A DNA stretch of 64,000 bases, from assembly GCF_006345805.1 (NCBI RefSeq), contig NC_043001.1:89404001-89468000 (forward strand). Direction: 5' to 3'. A program made the translations under genes and the position numbers. Positions 1 through 13,260 of the stretch are shown here, one piece after another (position 1 is the first letter of the stretch; every line of letters starts with the position of its first letter). The notes beneath the pieces were generated by a model, which was not told the DNA's origin, ran no database searches, and saw only the letters and a program-made list of their open reading frames with translations. The DNA comes from Octopus sinensis. Lineage: Eukaryota.

Positions 1-46
1 AAACATAGACATGCACACACACACACACATATACATATACATATAT

Positions 47-205
47 ACGACGGGCTTCTTTCAGTTTCCGTCTACCAAATCCACTCACAAGGCTTTGGTC
101 GGCCCGAGGCTATAGTAGAAGACACTTTCCCAAGGTGCCACGCAGTGGGACTGAACCCGGAACCATGTGGTTGGTAAGCAAGCTACTTACCACACAGCCA
201 CTCCT
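47..205 (-). mobile_element. tRNA-derived SINE family A (5' part)
   Basis: Reverse complement AGGAGTGGCTGTGTGGTAAGTAGC...GGTTCAGTCCC... has A-box and B-box-like motifs. Other copies at about 8437-8590 (+), 13365-13520 (-), 17665-17820 (-), 44888-45030 (-) and 60765-60940 (-). Confidence 0.85.
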
Positions 206-232
206 ACACCTTAATATTTTTATTATTGTTTT

Positions 233-1232
233 TCAGCTCTTCATATCCTGAGTTCAAATTCCACTGAGGTTCAATTTGCCTTTCATCTTTTTGGAGTTAA
301 TAAAGTAAGTTGCAGTCAAGTACTAGGGCTGATGTAGTTGACTTCACCCTTCCCTCAAAATTTCTGGTCTTGTGCCAAAATTAGAAAGAAATTTTATTAT
401 TGTTAGGCAGAATCATTAGCATCCAGGCAAAATGCTTCAAGATATTTCTTCCAGCTTAATGTCCTGAGTTCAAATTCTGCTAAGGTTGACTTTACCTTTC
501 ATCCTTTGAGGATCAAAAAAATAAGAACCAGCTGAACATTGGGGTCAATGTAACTGACTAACCCCTACCTCCCCCAAATTTTCAGGCCTTGTCTTGTGAA
601 TTTAGTTGTAAGGATTATTGTTAGGCTGGTAAATTGGCAAATCATTCAAATGCCAGAAAAATGTACTTTGCAGTATTTTTTCAAGTATTTATTCTGAGTT
701 CAAATCCTGCAAAAGTCAACTTTGCCTTATATCTCTCCAGGGCAGATAAAATAAAATTCCAGTCAAAAAATGGGATTCTATTTAAATGACAACCCTGCCT
801 CTTCTCAAATTTTTGTCAGTTGTATGGCAGAATTGTAGAGGGTTTGACAAAATAATTTTGTGGTGTCTGTTGTGGATTTTTACATTCTGAGCTCAAATCC
901 CACTGAGGTTGACTTTGCTTTTCATCCCTAAGCAGTCAATAAAATAAAGTATCAGATGTCAAGTTCTGGGACTGATGTAATCCATTCACCTGCTTCCTTC
1001 AAGGTGGTTGGCCATATGGCTAAATTAGGATATTGGAATTAATGTTTTATTGTTGTGAGTTGTCTCCTTTTATACCCTAAGAGTTCAATTCCCACTCCAA
1101 GTTTAAATTTTTCTTTCATCATTTTAGGGTTGATGAAATAATGTACTAGTTGAATATTATGGCTCTATTCCCATCTTTTCCATACAACTTGTGACCTTCT
1201 GCATAAGTTAGAAATCCTTATTATAGTTATTA
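233..1232 (+). mobile_element. Five head-to-tail degenerate copies of tRNA-derived SINE family B
   Basis: Recurring GAGTTCAAAT(T/C)C B-box-like motif plus GACTTT(G)CCTTTCATCC core at about 250, 468, 697, 889 and 1082, separated by (ATT)-rich tails. Confidence 0.8.
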
Positions 1233-2363
1233 CTAGCAAGACCTGTGAATATTTCATGCAATTAATGGTAAACCTATTGGGTTATTTCTGAAAACTTTAT
1301 CCAAAATACCTGAAAGTGTAGCCTGTGTTGTGTCTGTATCAAAAGATAGTTGCTCATCTGCTAATCATTGCAAAGTGAAAGAAATTGGAATACAATGATT
1401 ACTTAATACACTTTATATATGCACTTTATATATTTTATGCACAATTTTTTAGACTTAATACACAGCATTCATAAAATAAATATTCACTCTTATTTTTAGC
1501 ATTCATAAAATAAATATTCACTCTTATTTTCCTATTTCCCCCATAAACAAAAAAAATCCTATACATATGATACAACCTTTAGTTAAATTGCATTTCATGG
1601 AATTGCACTCATGTGCATGTGTTAAGAGATAGGTGATATAAAAACTTAGTTCAATTAAAAAAAACAACATTTTTCACTATCCAATCACCACCACCACCAC
1701 ATCATCTCTCTCTCTCCCCTCCTCTCTCTCTCTCTCTCTCTCTGCCTTTCTTTAACCTATCAGAACATCATCCCTCTGCTATAATTATATTTTTAACTCT
1801 CTTCCTCTACCTTCAACTAACTTCTTTAACCACATAATAAATATTACATTCCCCCTTCCTCATGTCATGGAAGCTTCTCTCTCCCTTCTTTTTTTCTTTC
1901 TTCCTTTTTCTGTCTCACCCTTTGCCTTATCCTCTTTTTCATCTCCTTTTCCTTTCTGCTCCCTTTCCCTTCAACTAATCATGTGAAAGCGTTACACCTC
2001 ACGTCATGGATGCTTATCTCTCCCTCTTTTTCTCCCTCCCTCTTTTTCTGTCTACTTTCTATTTTTCTCTATTTTTCTCATGAAAGCGTTACTGATGGGC
2101 TAAATAATACAATGACAAGCGGAATTATTATAAGATTATTATTATTAGGATATTTAAGGTGGTGAACTGGCAGAATTGTTAGTATGCCAGGCAAAATGCT
2201 TAGCGGTATTTTGCTTGTCTGCACGTTCTGAGGTTGACTTTGCCTTTCATCCTTTCAGGGTCAATAAATTAAGTACCAGTTGAGTACTAGGGTCGATGTA
2301 ATCAACCATTTCCCCCCCCCCACCAAATTTCAGGCCTTGTTCCTATAATAGAAAGGATTATTA

Positions 2364-2400
<37 letters not shown>

Positions 2401-2613
2401 GTTTTTTCCTTCTTTCTTCAAATTTTCTTCCGTTTCTTGCCGAGTATTTTCCATACACCTAGGGCAGAGAAGGGCATTGTATGCATTCCCAGATTACACG
2501 CGCAAATTCACAGATAAAATATGTAATTAAAAATTAATAAATAAATAAATTCATGGATGGATGTTATTTTCACAGCGATAGTGCTCTTCTCAGTACATGA
2601 GCCGTTCCAGTTA

Positions 2614-2650
<37 letters not shown>

Positions 2651-2868
2651 TTTATTTACTAAAATAAGTTAGAAACCATGGTCCAGGAATTAGATGGTAA
2701 ATGTTTTTATTTTTCATTTCCTTCGAGAATTTATCCCTAATTAGTGGTTTGGACTTTAACTGTTCTTTCTAGCATAAAGGATTCCTATGATGGAAGCCTC
2801 TTAATGTGTTTTAATGTACACTGTATTTTATATGAATCTATATCTATATCTATATCTATATATATATA

Positions 2869-4100
2869 CAGGGGTTGGACAAAATAATGGAAATACCTTA
2901 AAATTTCAAACAAATTTATTTTTATATGGGGGTAGGACCGCCTTTGGCAGTAATTACAGCTTGAATTCTATGTGGTATGCACTCGTACAAAGTTTGAATT
3001 GTTTCCAAAGGAATCTTTGTCCATTTTTCAGCTAAAATAGTCTCCAGCTCTTGTAGTGGTGACGGTGGAGGATATTGACTCCTTATTTGTTTTTCTAAAA
3101 TGCACTATAGAGGTTCAATAATATTGAGATCTGGGGACTGTGGTGGCCAGATAAGATGTCCAACTTCACTAGAATGTCATTCAATAACAATTTTAGCTGT
3201 GTGAATTGGTGCATTATCATCTTGAAAGATTAAGTTTCCCTTTGGAAATAGTTCTGCAACCATAGGATAAATTTGATCTGATAAAATGCTTAAATAGTCT
3301 TGACTATTAATTCTGCCATGAAGGGAAACCATTGGACCAGCGGATTTCCAAGATATAACCTCCCAGATCATCATAGATCTTCCTCCATGTTTAACAGTTG
3401 GAAGCATCTGGGTCAAATGCTTCTTTTGGCTGTCTCCACACATATACTTGGCCAGTGGTCAGAAATAGGGTAAAGGATGACTCGTCTGAGAAAATAACAT
3501 TCTTCCACTGCTCTAGGGACTAATTCTGTAGGTTTTTACACCACTCTAAATGCTTTGCAACATTTGTTTTTGAAAGTAGTGGTTTTCCGATTGCAGCCCT
3601 CCTGTGAAATCTGGCTTTATGCAGCTCCCAGCGAACAGTTTTTGTGGAAACTGGGTTCTCAAAGTGGTCATTAAGCTCAGCAGTAATTTTGGGAGCTGTA
3701 CTTTTGTGATGCTTTCTAACAATTCGTGCAAGAATCTGATGGTTCCTATCTGAAAGTTTTGGTTTTTTTCCTGAGTTTTGCTTCAATGAGGAGGGTTTTT
3801 TTCCCCCTTTCTCAAAGGCTGTCATTACTTTCAAGACAGTACTTTTTGATAGACCAAACATTTCGGCTGTTTTCGGCTGTTTTCGCTATGCTAGCACCTT
3901 TGAAAGTCAGATCTGTCATTTTAATGAATTTTATTTGCTGTTTCTGATGATATCTGAAAAGAAACAGCAATTTTAGCAAAACATATTAAGCAACACTCAT
4001 ATTAAATCAAAAAACATAAAAATAAACAAGCTTTTGATGGTTTTATAGATATGTCAAAATTATGATGCTAGGTGTTTCCATCATTTTGTCCAATCCCCTG
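2869..4100 (-). mobile_element. Full-length but decayed Tc1-family DNA transposon
   Basis: ~30-bp TIRs (CAGGGGTTGGACAAAATAATGGAAATACCT and its near-perfect reverse complement at 4070-4100), flanked by TA. The - strand carries HTH remnants (ORF 3520..3861) and a DDE region (GGRSMMIW...FQDDNAPIHTAK...WPPQSPDLNIIE...AKGGPTPY) with stops and frameshifts. Confidence 0.93.
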
Positions 4101-4120
4101 TATATATATATATGCATATA

Positions 4121-5035
4121 CTAGCTGATGTGCCTGGTAATCCCTGAGAAAGCGGGGCTCATCCCTTGGTTTCATTCTCATAATTGTTTCACTAATCCAA
4201 TACTAGCAATACAAAGTATGTAGCGCTTAAAACGGTTTTTGTGCATTTACATCGAATACCAAACTGTCTTACATAGGATCTTGTTTTTAAGAATTCCCAA
4301 TAAGTTATGAATACCCAAATTGTGAAGTCAGTTATGTAATAACATGAAATTAGTTACCTGATAGTAAGAATTCAAATAAAGTAACCCTGAAAAGTGCTTT
4401 AATACTATAGAACTTAGGAGGAAAAACTAATAAGGTATGTATACTAAAATCGTGAAGCATGTTACATAATAACAGGCTAATCAGGTATGAGATAATAAAA
4501 ATTCAAAGTAAATAACTCTGAAAAGGGCTTTTGTGCATTCCCAGAGAATATTACCCTCAGCAGCTCTAGTGTTGGTATATTCGTGAATAAGTCACTAACC
4601 GAAATAAGTGGATCTATTGTTTAGGAAAATACTATTTACTTGTTTTAGGGTTGTACTGGATAGATTGCGAAAATAACTCTAAGAGTTCAAATACTAAGAA
4701 ATAAGCATACTCAATTTGATTTATACCAAATAATTTACGAAGATGAAGAGGTTATTTCCTTGGGCTATATTAAGGACCCATTCCAAGGGCAAATGGGTTA
4801 TTTCCCTTGGATGTTTAACTGAAATATGCTAGTTATATGTAGTAGATATAAGGATCCCTTCCAGGGGCGCTATTATCGATTTTTTTTCAACAATCTAAGT
4901 ATGTCACTAGGTTTCCACACATGAGTTCTACTCACGTGACAAGTTTCATAAAAATGTATAAAACTCTGTAGGAAGAGTTAACTAACAAACCCACAAACAA
5001 ACACATCCACAAACAGAATTTTCCACATATGTAGT
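4121..5035 (-). mobile_element. Non-autonomous Helitron-like element
   Basis: On the - strand it ends ...CAGCTAG|T after a decayed GC hairpin. Its 5' region has the same (TTTG/TGTC)n plus 'ttttatgaaacttg' layout as the Helitron at 20461. Internal ~130-bp direct duplication (about 4297-4400 and 4430-4530). Confidence 0.55.
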
Positions 5036-5245
5036 GCGTGTGTGTATATATATATATTTATGCATATATGTATACATGCATATATATATAAGCACACACA
5101 CATATACATACATACATACATACACACACACACATACATACATACATACATACATACATACACGCATGCATACATACATACCCTTACACTCGCACACACA
5201 TCTAAAATTATATTTATATTTATGTGTGCGTGTGTGTGTATATGT
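4980..5245. repeat. Compound (TA)/(CA)/(CATA)n microsatellite
   Basis: Visible directly. Explains the four spurious ORFs at 4978-5362. Confidence 0.9.
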
Positions 5246-5460
5246 GTACTGGGGAACCTCGTTCTCGACTCTGGTAAGCATGGCGCGTCTCATACTTCAT
5301 ATCGTAGTCTTTCAATAACAATAATAAACTTTTATAAAACTATACACATTACGTGTATTTGACTATAATTATAATATAGCTCTAGGAGGACGGACAACAG
5401 TGAGAAACAAAACACAGTAAATATCTCCCATCTAAAACATAAAACAAAGGTAAGCTGTAT
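5230..5460 (+). promoter_or_regulatory. Possible promoter / non-coding first-exon region of the arrestin gene
   Basis: Locally more CpGs than the flanks. Two good + strand donors: CTG|gtaagc at 5274 and AAG|gtaagc at 5450, 2.7-2.9 kb upstream of the ATG. No transcript evidence. Confidence 0.3.
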
Positions 5461-8128
5461 TATTTAGCAGAATTATAATTAATACATCAATTAATATAGT
5501 TATTGTCACTTGTAATCTATTTTCTGTCGGTATGTGTGTCTCTGATTTCAGCTTAGCATGTAACTCTTTCCTGTTAGATTTACGTATTCTCATTTATTAA
5601 AATACGGAGACCTGCTTTCAAAAGGAAGCCTTTTTTATTTTGGAAAACTACTCGTTGGTGTGTCTTTTGGACTGAATATAAATATACATACTCATATATA
5701 TATGTGTGTGGTTGGCATCGATGTTGTGTGTGTGTCTTTTATATACAGGTTTACGCGTAGTTCGTAAGTTGTATCCGTCTGAGATGAATTCTGGGTGAGG
5801 GTATTTGGGGTAAAGTATCGTATGTTAATATCTGAAATGTATGTATGTATATATTTAAATATTCATATATAATTAAAAGACAAACACGCACAATGAATGC
5901 GTGGGGTATATACATATGTATTTTACTTATACGCCTTATAATTGTTACCCTTGTTGAAACGATACTGATGAATGGGTACGGTGTTAAACAAGCAAATGGA
6001 AGAACATGAGTTCAAATCTACTACTGCTGTTTTATTTTGAATGTATTGAAGCAGCACAAATGACACCAATATTTTTACATGGCTTCATTTGACCTAGGAG
6101 TCTGGTGCTTTACGTCATAGCGGAACAAGGATATTAAGGTTAGACAATGTCCAATATACCAAATTCTGCCACCTACATGTATGTCTTTCAGTCATGTTAC
6201 ATGTCATGCCAAATACATAACCGCATTTAACCCCACCCCACTCCTCATAACATTATTACAACATTGATCCCCATCGCCTGCATACATAGTTTAGGGGGAA
6301 AACAAACAACCCACCCACGCGATCAAATTTCCTTGTGGTCGACTTTGCTTTTCCGGGGGTCTTAAAGAGGGCGGTAGAACTCATTCGCTGCTTTGTTTAA
6401 TACCACCTCCTAGCTCATGAGTCCCTTTAGCGGAGTTTTGTCTACAAGCATTTGGACCGAATTGCTGGTCGATCTAAATCGATCTAAAGTTGCACCACTT
6501 CTTAATGCTGTAATACAAGTTGTTCTTATAATCTTCCTCTCCATCAGTCTCTGAGGCCTTGTAAAGTTCAAGGTTACTGCCGTTTCACCTCTCATTTCAA
6601 CCGTAGAAATATTTTTAAAAACATCAGCTGTTTTAAAGTGAGGATCGTTTCACCTACCTATAAACACTTTCCTACGGCTGATAGAAAAAGTTGCGCAACA
6701 GATAAAATATTTGTAGTATAAAGTCCTTTCATGTTGCGAGTTCAAATCATACTATGGTCGAATTTTCCATTCATCTCAACGTGTGTGTGTGTGTGTGTGG
6801 ATTAATAAAAACAATTACCTTAGCAGGCTCTCAAGCTTCTTCAAATATCACTTGGAAATGAGATTGGAAGGAGCTCCAGGGAACTTGTTGAAGAGTGGGT
6901 ATGAATGGTGATTATAGTTCAGATGAATGATCTTTCAGTATGCACCTGTAAGCTGGAGAACGGCAAACACCCCCTCATCTGGATGGAGGCGCTTTCCGTT
7001 TTTGATAGTCAGGATAACCCTAGATCTCAGGTGTGACGTAATAAGCTTTGGGTGACATTCTTTCTCTACATTTCTTTCCATGCCTTCCTGAACTCTATTC
7101 TGTATACCTCTTCCCCATAATATTTGTAATTTGGTTTTGTAATGTCCTCTCATCCATCACCCTTTTGGCAAAATTAAGAAATTATTAGTATTAATAGAGG
7201 TGATGGTGTGGTAGAATCTGTAGGTGCATTACAGAATTAAATTTCGTTTGATTTTGCCTTTCATTCTAGGAATCAATAAAATTAAAATCAGGCCTTCTGG
7301 GAATGGGGAGAGTCAATAAAATTAATACTAGGATTTCTGATTCAGGCAATTATATCCCTGCACTCCATATTTGCAATTTAATTCAATGCCTGTTAGGTTA
7401 ACATGGTATAGAGACAATTCCAGAAGGCTGCTGTTCAGGAAATCTGAGAAGGAAGGTTTAGGAGAGATGATTAATATGTACAGAAATTTCAAACATGCTC
7501 TTATAGCCCACCCTGATGCCTTGTCACTACCATCTTTATCTCTCTAGCTCCATATTAATTATTTCCACCTACTCTTATATATAATATACCTCATGTACAG
7601 TAAAAAAATCTGTTCAGGCCCCATCCTTCATACTCTCACCTTTCATCATCTAATATAAAGTTGCTTCACTCTTTACTGTAGCACCACTCAGTCAGAGTGA
7701 ATCTCAGTCTTGTGAGCTACATGGGACCCCATTGCATCTATGTCACTTTTTGTTAATATTCTGCACATATTAATTGCTATGTAAGCCTTCACTCAGATTT
7801 CACTATTTCATTATGTAATACTGAGGTACAGGAAGACACGACATGGCATATGAGTGTTTTCGGTAGTTTGCCAATTAGCCAAATGATTTTTCTTTAGAAG
7901 TTTGTGTGTATAGCAGATATATCAGTAACAATCTAATGAAAAATGACAATAGTGATCATGACAGTGAGGTGGTGGTTGTGTTGGTGTTGCTGATGATAAA
8001 ATGAAAATATTTTTAGGTAGAAATGAAATATCAATAATAATTTTTTTCTCTTTTTCTCTTCCATGTTATCTTTGCTGTTTGTGTAATAATGACAGCAATA
8101 GCAGCTGCTACAACAACTACAACAAAAT

Positions 8129-8246
8129 ATGGGGGCAACTGAATTGTTTGTGATAGAATTAGCCGACAATCAAGAATGTTATTATTCTGGCACTACATTA
8201 AGTGGCGAGGTTAAAATTGATCTGGCTTACCCACTAGATGTGTCTG
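8129..8246 (+). CDS. ARRDC: Alpha-arrestin (arrestin domain-containing protein), coding exon 1 of 7
   Basis: ATG 8129, MGATELFVIELADNQECYYSGTTLSGEVKIDLAYPLDVS is a typical arrestin-N start (Y.SG..LSG.V). GT donor at 8247 (gtaagt), phase 1. The symbol is family-level only; the paralogue cannot be resolved by eye. Confidence 0.92.
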
Positions 8247-9200
8247 GTAAGTGGCCTTTTACAGAAATTTCCATTATTGTTTCTTCCTTATTTTCTTTTT
8301 TGTCGTTATCTGGCTCCAGGTCAGCCTAGCTTGAGTAGAACTATATCATCCAATGCTTTCCATCCATGACCATTCCATCTAGTATTTTTTCTTTTTTCTT
8401 TCTTTCTTTATATATATATATATGTATATAGTTGTAAGTGTGGCTGCATGGTTAAAAAGCTTGCTTCCCAACAGTCAGGTTTTGAGTTCAGTATCACTGT
8501 GTGGCACCTTGGACAAATGTTTTCTACTATAGTCCTGGGCTGGCCAAAGCATAATGAATGGATTTGGTAGATGGAAACTGAAAGGAGACTGTTGCAAGTG
8601 CTCCTGGTAACATGCAACCCTGTACAATCTGTTGCATGGTTGGGCCATTGGCAACTAGATTGGTAATACCACTTAGCCTGCTTGGTCAGTAAGGTGATTT
8701 TTGAATACTCTGCAGGTTGAAAAACAAGATTCATCAAAAGGAAGATGAATTCAGAAGAGCTGATGGCCATCCACTTAGATGATATACATGTGTAAGTACG
8801 TGAGTGTGTGTTTGAATGTGTGGGAACTTATAAATTCCTGGTTTGTGACCCAAGTATATATTTAGCCTACTAGGGTGGGTTGAACTCTAAGCTGTAGTAA
8901 AGGTAACTAATCCAAGAGATAGAGAACTCTAATAGGAAAGTCTGAAATATGTTCATTGAGTTTATGGCAAACATTTGCACCAACTTTCTGTTATCAGCAT
9001 TCCCAAAAAGGGTGGCTGGTCCAACACAAGCCATTCATCACTGAAAAAAGAAAGAAAAACATCATCTGTGTGGGTAGTCTAACAGTTGGCTATTGGATCC
9101 TCATATGCAAACTCAACAGGAAAATCCAGTGTGTGTGTGTGAGAGAGAGAGACCTTGTCTTGATATCAAGTGATGGTTGTTAAAAAGCATCACTGTTATA

Positions 9201-9965
9201 TGATGGTTAGCTGAAAAGTTCATAGGCTGACTAAGATATTCTTATGGAATGTGACCAAATGAAGTTTATTTTTCGACATAGTTCCCCTTACAATCTATAT
9301 ACTTCTTCCATTGGTGTTGCAGTGCTTGGATACCATTGGTGAAGAAGCTTTCATCCTGTTGCTCAAAAAAACTCAACAGATATGACATCATCATCACTGC
9401 AATACTGGTTTTCAGCCAAGTGATTTTTCATGTTAGGGAACAGATGATAGTAAGATGGGGTCAAATCACGAGAATAGGGAGGGTAATCAACCAAGGACTT
9501 GTGGGTTAGAGAATTATCCTAATGAAACATGATGCTTTTTATCAGTTTTTCTGAGCATTTGTTCTTGATAGCCTTTTATAACTGTCTCAGCAAGATGGCA
9601 TAGCATTCCCCATTGATGGCGTGGTCCTTTTGAAGATAATCAATTAGCACAAAGCCTGTAGCATCCCAAAACCCAAGGCCATCACCTTCCCTGCAGATGA
9701 AATGATTTTAGCCTTCTTTGGAATGGATGTTGAGGGGTGTTTCCACTGCATGGATTGTCTCTTTGTCTCTGACTCAAAGTGATGAAGCCAACATTCATCA
9801 TGGGTTAGGAAACATCCAAACAAACCAGCTGGAAATGCTTGAAATAATGTCAGATTTTCCTGTGATGTGATCTTCCTAGTGCACTTTTGATCAGTTGTCA
9901 GAAGACATGGCACCCACCAAGCAGAAACCTTTGTCATGCCAAATTCATTGTGTAGAATATTCCCA
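9201..9965 (-). mobile_element. Mariner (D,D34D-type) transposase relic with one terminal region
   Basis: - strand WVPCLL (WVPHEL-like), LTHDECWLHH, FH*DNS and YPPYSRDLTPSYYHLFP (YSPDLAP-like) motifs. TIR-like end TA-TGATGGTTAGCTGAAAAGTTC at 9201. Confidence 0.88.
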
Positions 9966-10741
9966 ACTGTTTAAGTGTTTAAGTCTGCAAGTAATCTGGA
10001 TGTGTTATGCTGTGTAGGAACTTATCTTGGCTTCCAAGATGTTAATGAGTTGTTAGACATTTTTCTCACCCCACTACAATAGAGAAATGCTATATTGCTG
10101 TTGCTTAACCCCCAGATCAGCCCTAAAATGATTCATGAGTTGAAGGTGTTGGGTGTGAGATCAAATGCTTTGAAGAGCCATAGAATTAGAAACCAGCAAT
10201 GTACTATGTGCATGGTCACGTGACCTACTAGAAATATTATCTAAGGCCCTTAAATTACATCTTAAATTTTTTTTTTAAATAAGAATATGAACAATATATT
10301 GGATAATGTAGTCCCAGAAGCACTTTTATTGAAAAAAATAAAAGATGGTTACAGCTAGAACACCCTTGATTATAAGTCTGCTGAATTAGGGCTGACCAAT
10401 GTCTAAACACTGGCAAAGAATGATACACGAGATAATATAATCCTAGATATATCATATCTCGGAAAAAAAGATGTGATGGTCATATCTGGAACAATTTTGA
10501 TTGTAGGTTTGCTTGATTGTCAGTTTGCTTGATTAACCAAAAGCCAAGCAACAAAGCAGAACATACTGGATAATACAGTCTTAAGTATACTGTGTGCAGA
10601 GCTAACCATCAATAACAAGGGAGAACATATTGGATAATGTAATTCTAGATATACTATGCCTGAATAAAAGATGGAGTGGTCACAGCTGGAACATCTCACA
10701 GGGCTAAATAACAATTCACAATGTGTCATATTTCTTTGCAG

Positions 10742-10870
10742 GTATTACATTAACATTTAAAGGCTATGGCAAAGCTAAATGGACATCTTCTGATTCTAAC
10801 AATGATGATATTGTGTATGCATCTTCCAGTACTTATATGGATGAGAGAATTACTTTATATGGAACTCCTG
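10742..10870 (+). CDS. ARRDC: Alpha-arrestin coding exon 2
   Basis: tttgcag acceptor at 10741, GITLTFKGYGKAKWTSSDSNNDDIVYASSSTYMDERITLYGTP, gtaagt donor at 10871. 129 nt, phase 1-1. Not in the supplied ORF track in this frame. Confidence 0.92.
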
Positions 10871-12102
10871 GTAAGTCATAATCAGCCATTCTATTCTTTT
10901 CTACGACCACACCTTTTGTATAGTAACTCCTATAATTATCATCATCAGCATCAACGTCATTTAATTTCCCTCTTTCTATGTTGGTATAGGTTGAATGATT
11001 CAACAGGAACCAATAAGCCAGTGAGCTATGCTGAGCTTCAGTATCTGCAGTACTATTCACTCGGGTGATATAAATGATATCATTTATCCCAAATGATATC
11101 ATTTATCATACCTCTTCTTCCTCTTTGACCTACTCCTATTTCCTACACTTCTCCTCCCCCAAACTGATATTCAATTCTATACAGTCACACATGTTTTAAT
11201 GTTAATTTTTCCATGCTTACATGAATCTGACAAACTTCATTGAAGCAGAATTTTGACTGCCGGATATCATTTCTGTTGCCAGCCCTCACCCGTTTCCAAA
11301 CAAGGTAATATTTCCCCATGAACGAACATGTTTTCATGGAAGATTGGAAACAAATAACACCTCTTGTCTGATGGTGATGCTTGTTTACAATTACTATGTT
11401 ACATCAAAACAAAATGTACAAACACACTTACACACACGTATGTGTGTGTATGTGTCATCATCGTCATCGATTTTCTAACATTATTGCGTTCTCATCGCAA
11501 GCATCTACATCATTATTCGCAGAATGGTTGGTATTAAGAAGGGCATCCAGCCGTAAAAACCCTGCCAAAACAGACACAGTAGCCTAGGGTAGTTTTCTAC
11601 CTTGTTGGCTCCTGTCAACCAGCCTACCTATGCATTCATGGAAGATGGATGTTAAATGATGATGATGATGATGATGATATATATATATATATATAAAAAT
11701 ATATAAAAATACAAAATGGGACAAGAACGCAAAACACTCAAAGAGACGACACAAAAATCGGACGGGTCATTCGAAGCCTCTCAGTCAAGAACCGGATCAT
11801 CCTCGCAATTTCGGCTGATTAATCTTGAGATCGCTCCGATCAGGCCAGCCCCAAGGAAAAACTAAGCTACGAGCATTAGATTTCTTGGAAAAAGGATTGA
11901 ATGTATACGAAACAAGGACAGAAAAAAGGTACGATGCCACACGAATATAAATACAAAAAACAATAATAGTAATAACAGGACAAAAACAGTGGGTGTCTTA
12001 CGACTTTAGACAGTTCAACTTAGCTTTGCTGGCGTATTTGGAAAAAAATGCCGTTGCGGTAGACGAAGAAAACGATGTTGTCATGGCGGTGGTCAGAAGC
12101 CG

Positions 12103-12145
<43 letters not shown>

Positions 12146-12799
12146 GTATGTGTATATAAAATCATCATCATCATTGCTGTTATTTGAAATGGTTTGACAG
12201 GAGCCATTGAGCCAGAGAATTTAGCATAGTTTCTGTAGCTGGAGGTCCTTTTTTTTGTGGCATTTGTGAAGCCACCAAGTAACTTGCAAGGCAACACTCG
12301 TCAGCTGCAGGAGATGTAGTATTGAGGAAGATGGCTTTATTGCAGGTGTTGATAAGAACAGAAACAGGTGTTTAGCTGCAGAGGAAATACATGGCTTTCC
12401 CTGCTGGTAAGAGAGAAAAGACATGGTGTGGAAGTAACCTCAAAGAGCAAGGTGAATATAATAGAGAATTGGGCTTGAAGATCAGAAAGAGTGGGCGTGT
12501 AGGTAAGTTCATGAGAATGTGAAAGGAGAGTGACAGGTGGTTGGAGATGGGGATGGAGTTGGATGCAGTGAATGGGGCACACAGGTGAAGGTATGGTCAA
12601 TGGTGCATATCGGTTGGTGGGGTGTGGGGTGAGGGTGAAGCAAATAGAAGTGGGAGGAGGTGGTAAGTGAGAGTAATAGGGAGACAATGTGAAATGTAGG
12701 AGGATAAATGGTATCATTTACAGTAGCTAAGTCAGTAGAGTAATAGAAGATTGATGGAGGGGTGGGTCTTTAAAGATGAGTTGTAGTATAAGGCTTGAT

Positions 12800-13260
12800 A
12801 TATGGGTCTTCTCAAGCACAATGTATTACCAATCATTTCAGTTCTTTGTCATCTCTTCCAAGAGACTCAATATCAGGTTGGTCTTCACTACTTCATCCCA
12901 TGTTTTCCTGGATCTTCCCCTTCTACATGTTCCATTCACATGCAGACCTCAGCATATCTTTCTTGTACATCATATTTGATGCGTCTTATACCCAATTTTT
13001 CTCTCGACATTTATACTTTGTCATAAATGCACACTGACAATACACATCTGGTGAAGTATAGTCACTTCATTTCTTTCTAGTCTTTCTATATCCCCTGCAT
13101 TCATAGCCCAAGTTTCACAACCATGGAGCATTGCTGCGTGAATACAAACATCATGCAATCTGCCTTTCACTCTGCATCTGAAGCCTTTTGTTACCAACAG
13201 AAGTAATAGTCCCTGAATTTTCTCCAGCTAGTTCTTATTCTAGCAACTGTACTTTCAGAA
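12800..13260 (-). mobile_element. Old degenerate 3' fragment of the RTE LINE family
   Basis: Reverse complement aligns by eye with the thumb/C-terminal coding region of the 25.5-kb copy (GRPRKTWDEVVK, KGRLYDAC, AMLHGSETW segments). Confidence 0.75.

Noticed and set aside
1464-2090. Short direct duplications (34 bp at 1464/1498; ~150 bp at about 1810/1970) and 19-bp repeats at about 20215-20280
   Set aside because: Ordinary slippage or tandem duplications in low-complexity DNA, with no further structure.
4978-5362. ORFs rich in Y/I/H/T or C/V/M
   Set aside because: Translations of (TA)/(CA) microsatellites.
6410-7153. ORFs 6410..6595 and 6935..7153 (-) as a third gene
   Set aside because: No recognisable domain, and no chain of phase-compatible splice sites could be built. 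Possibly very old TE debris.
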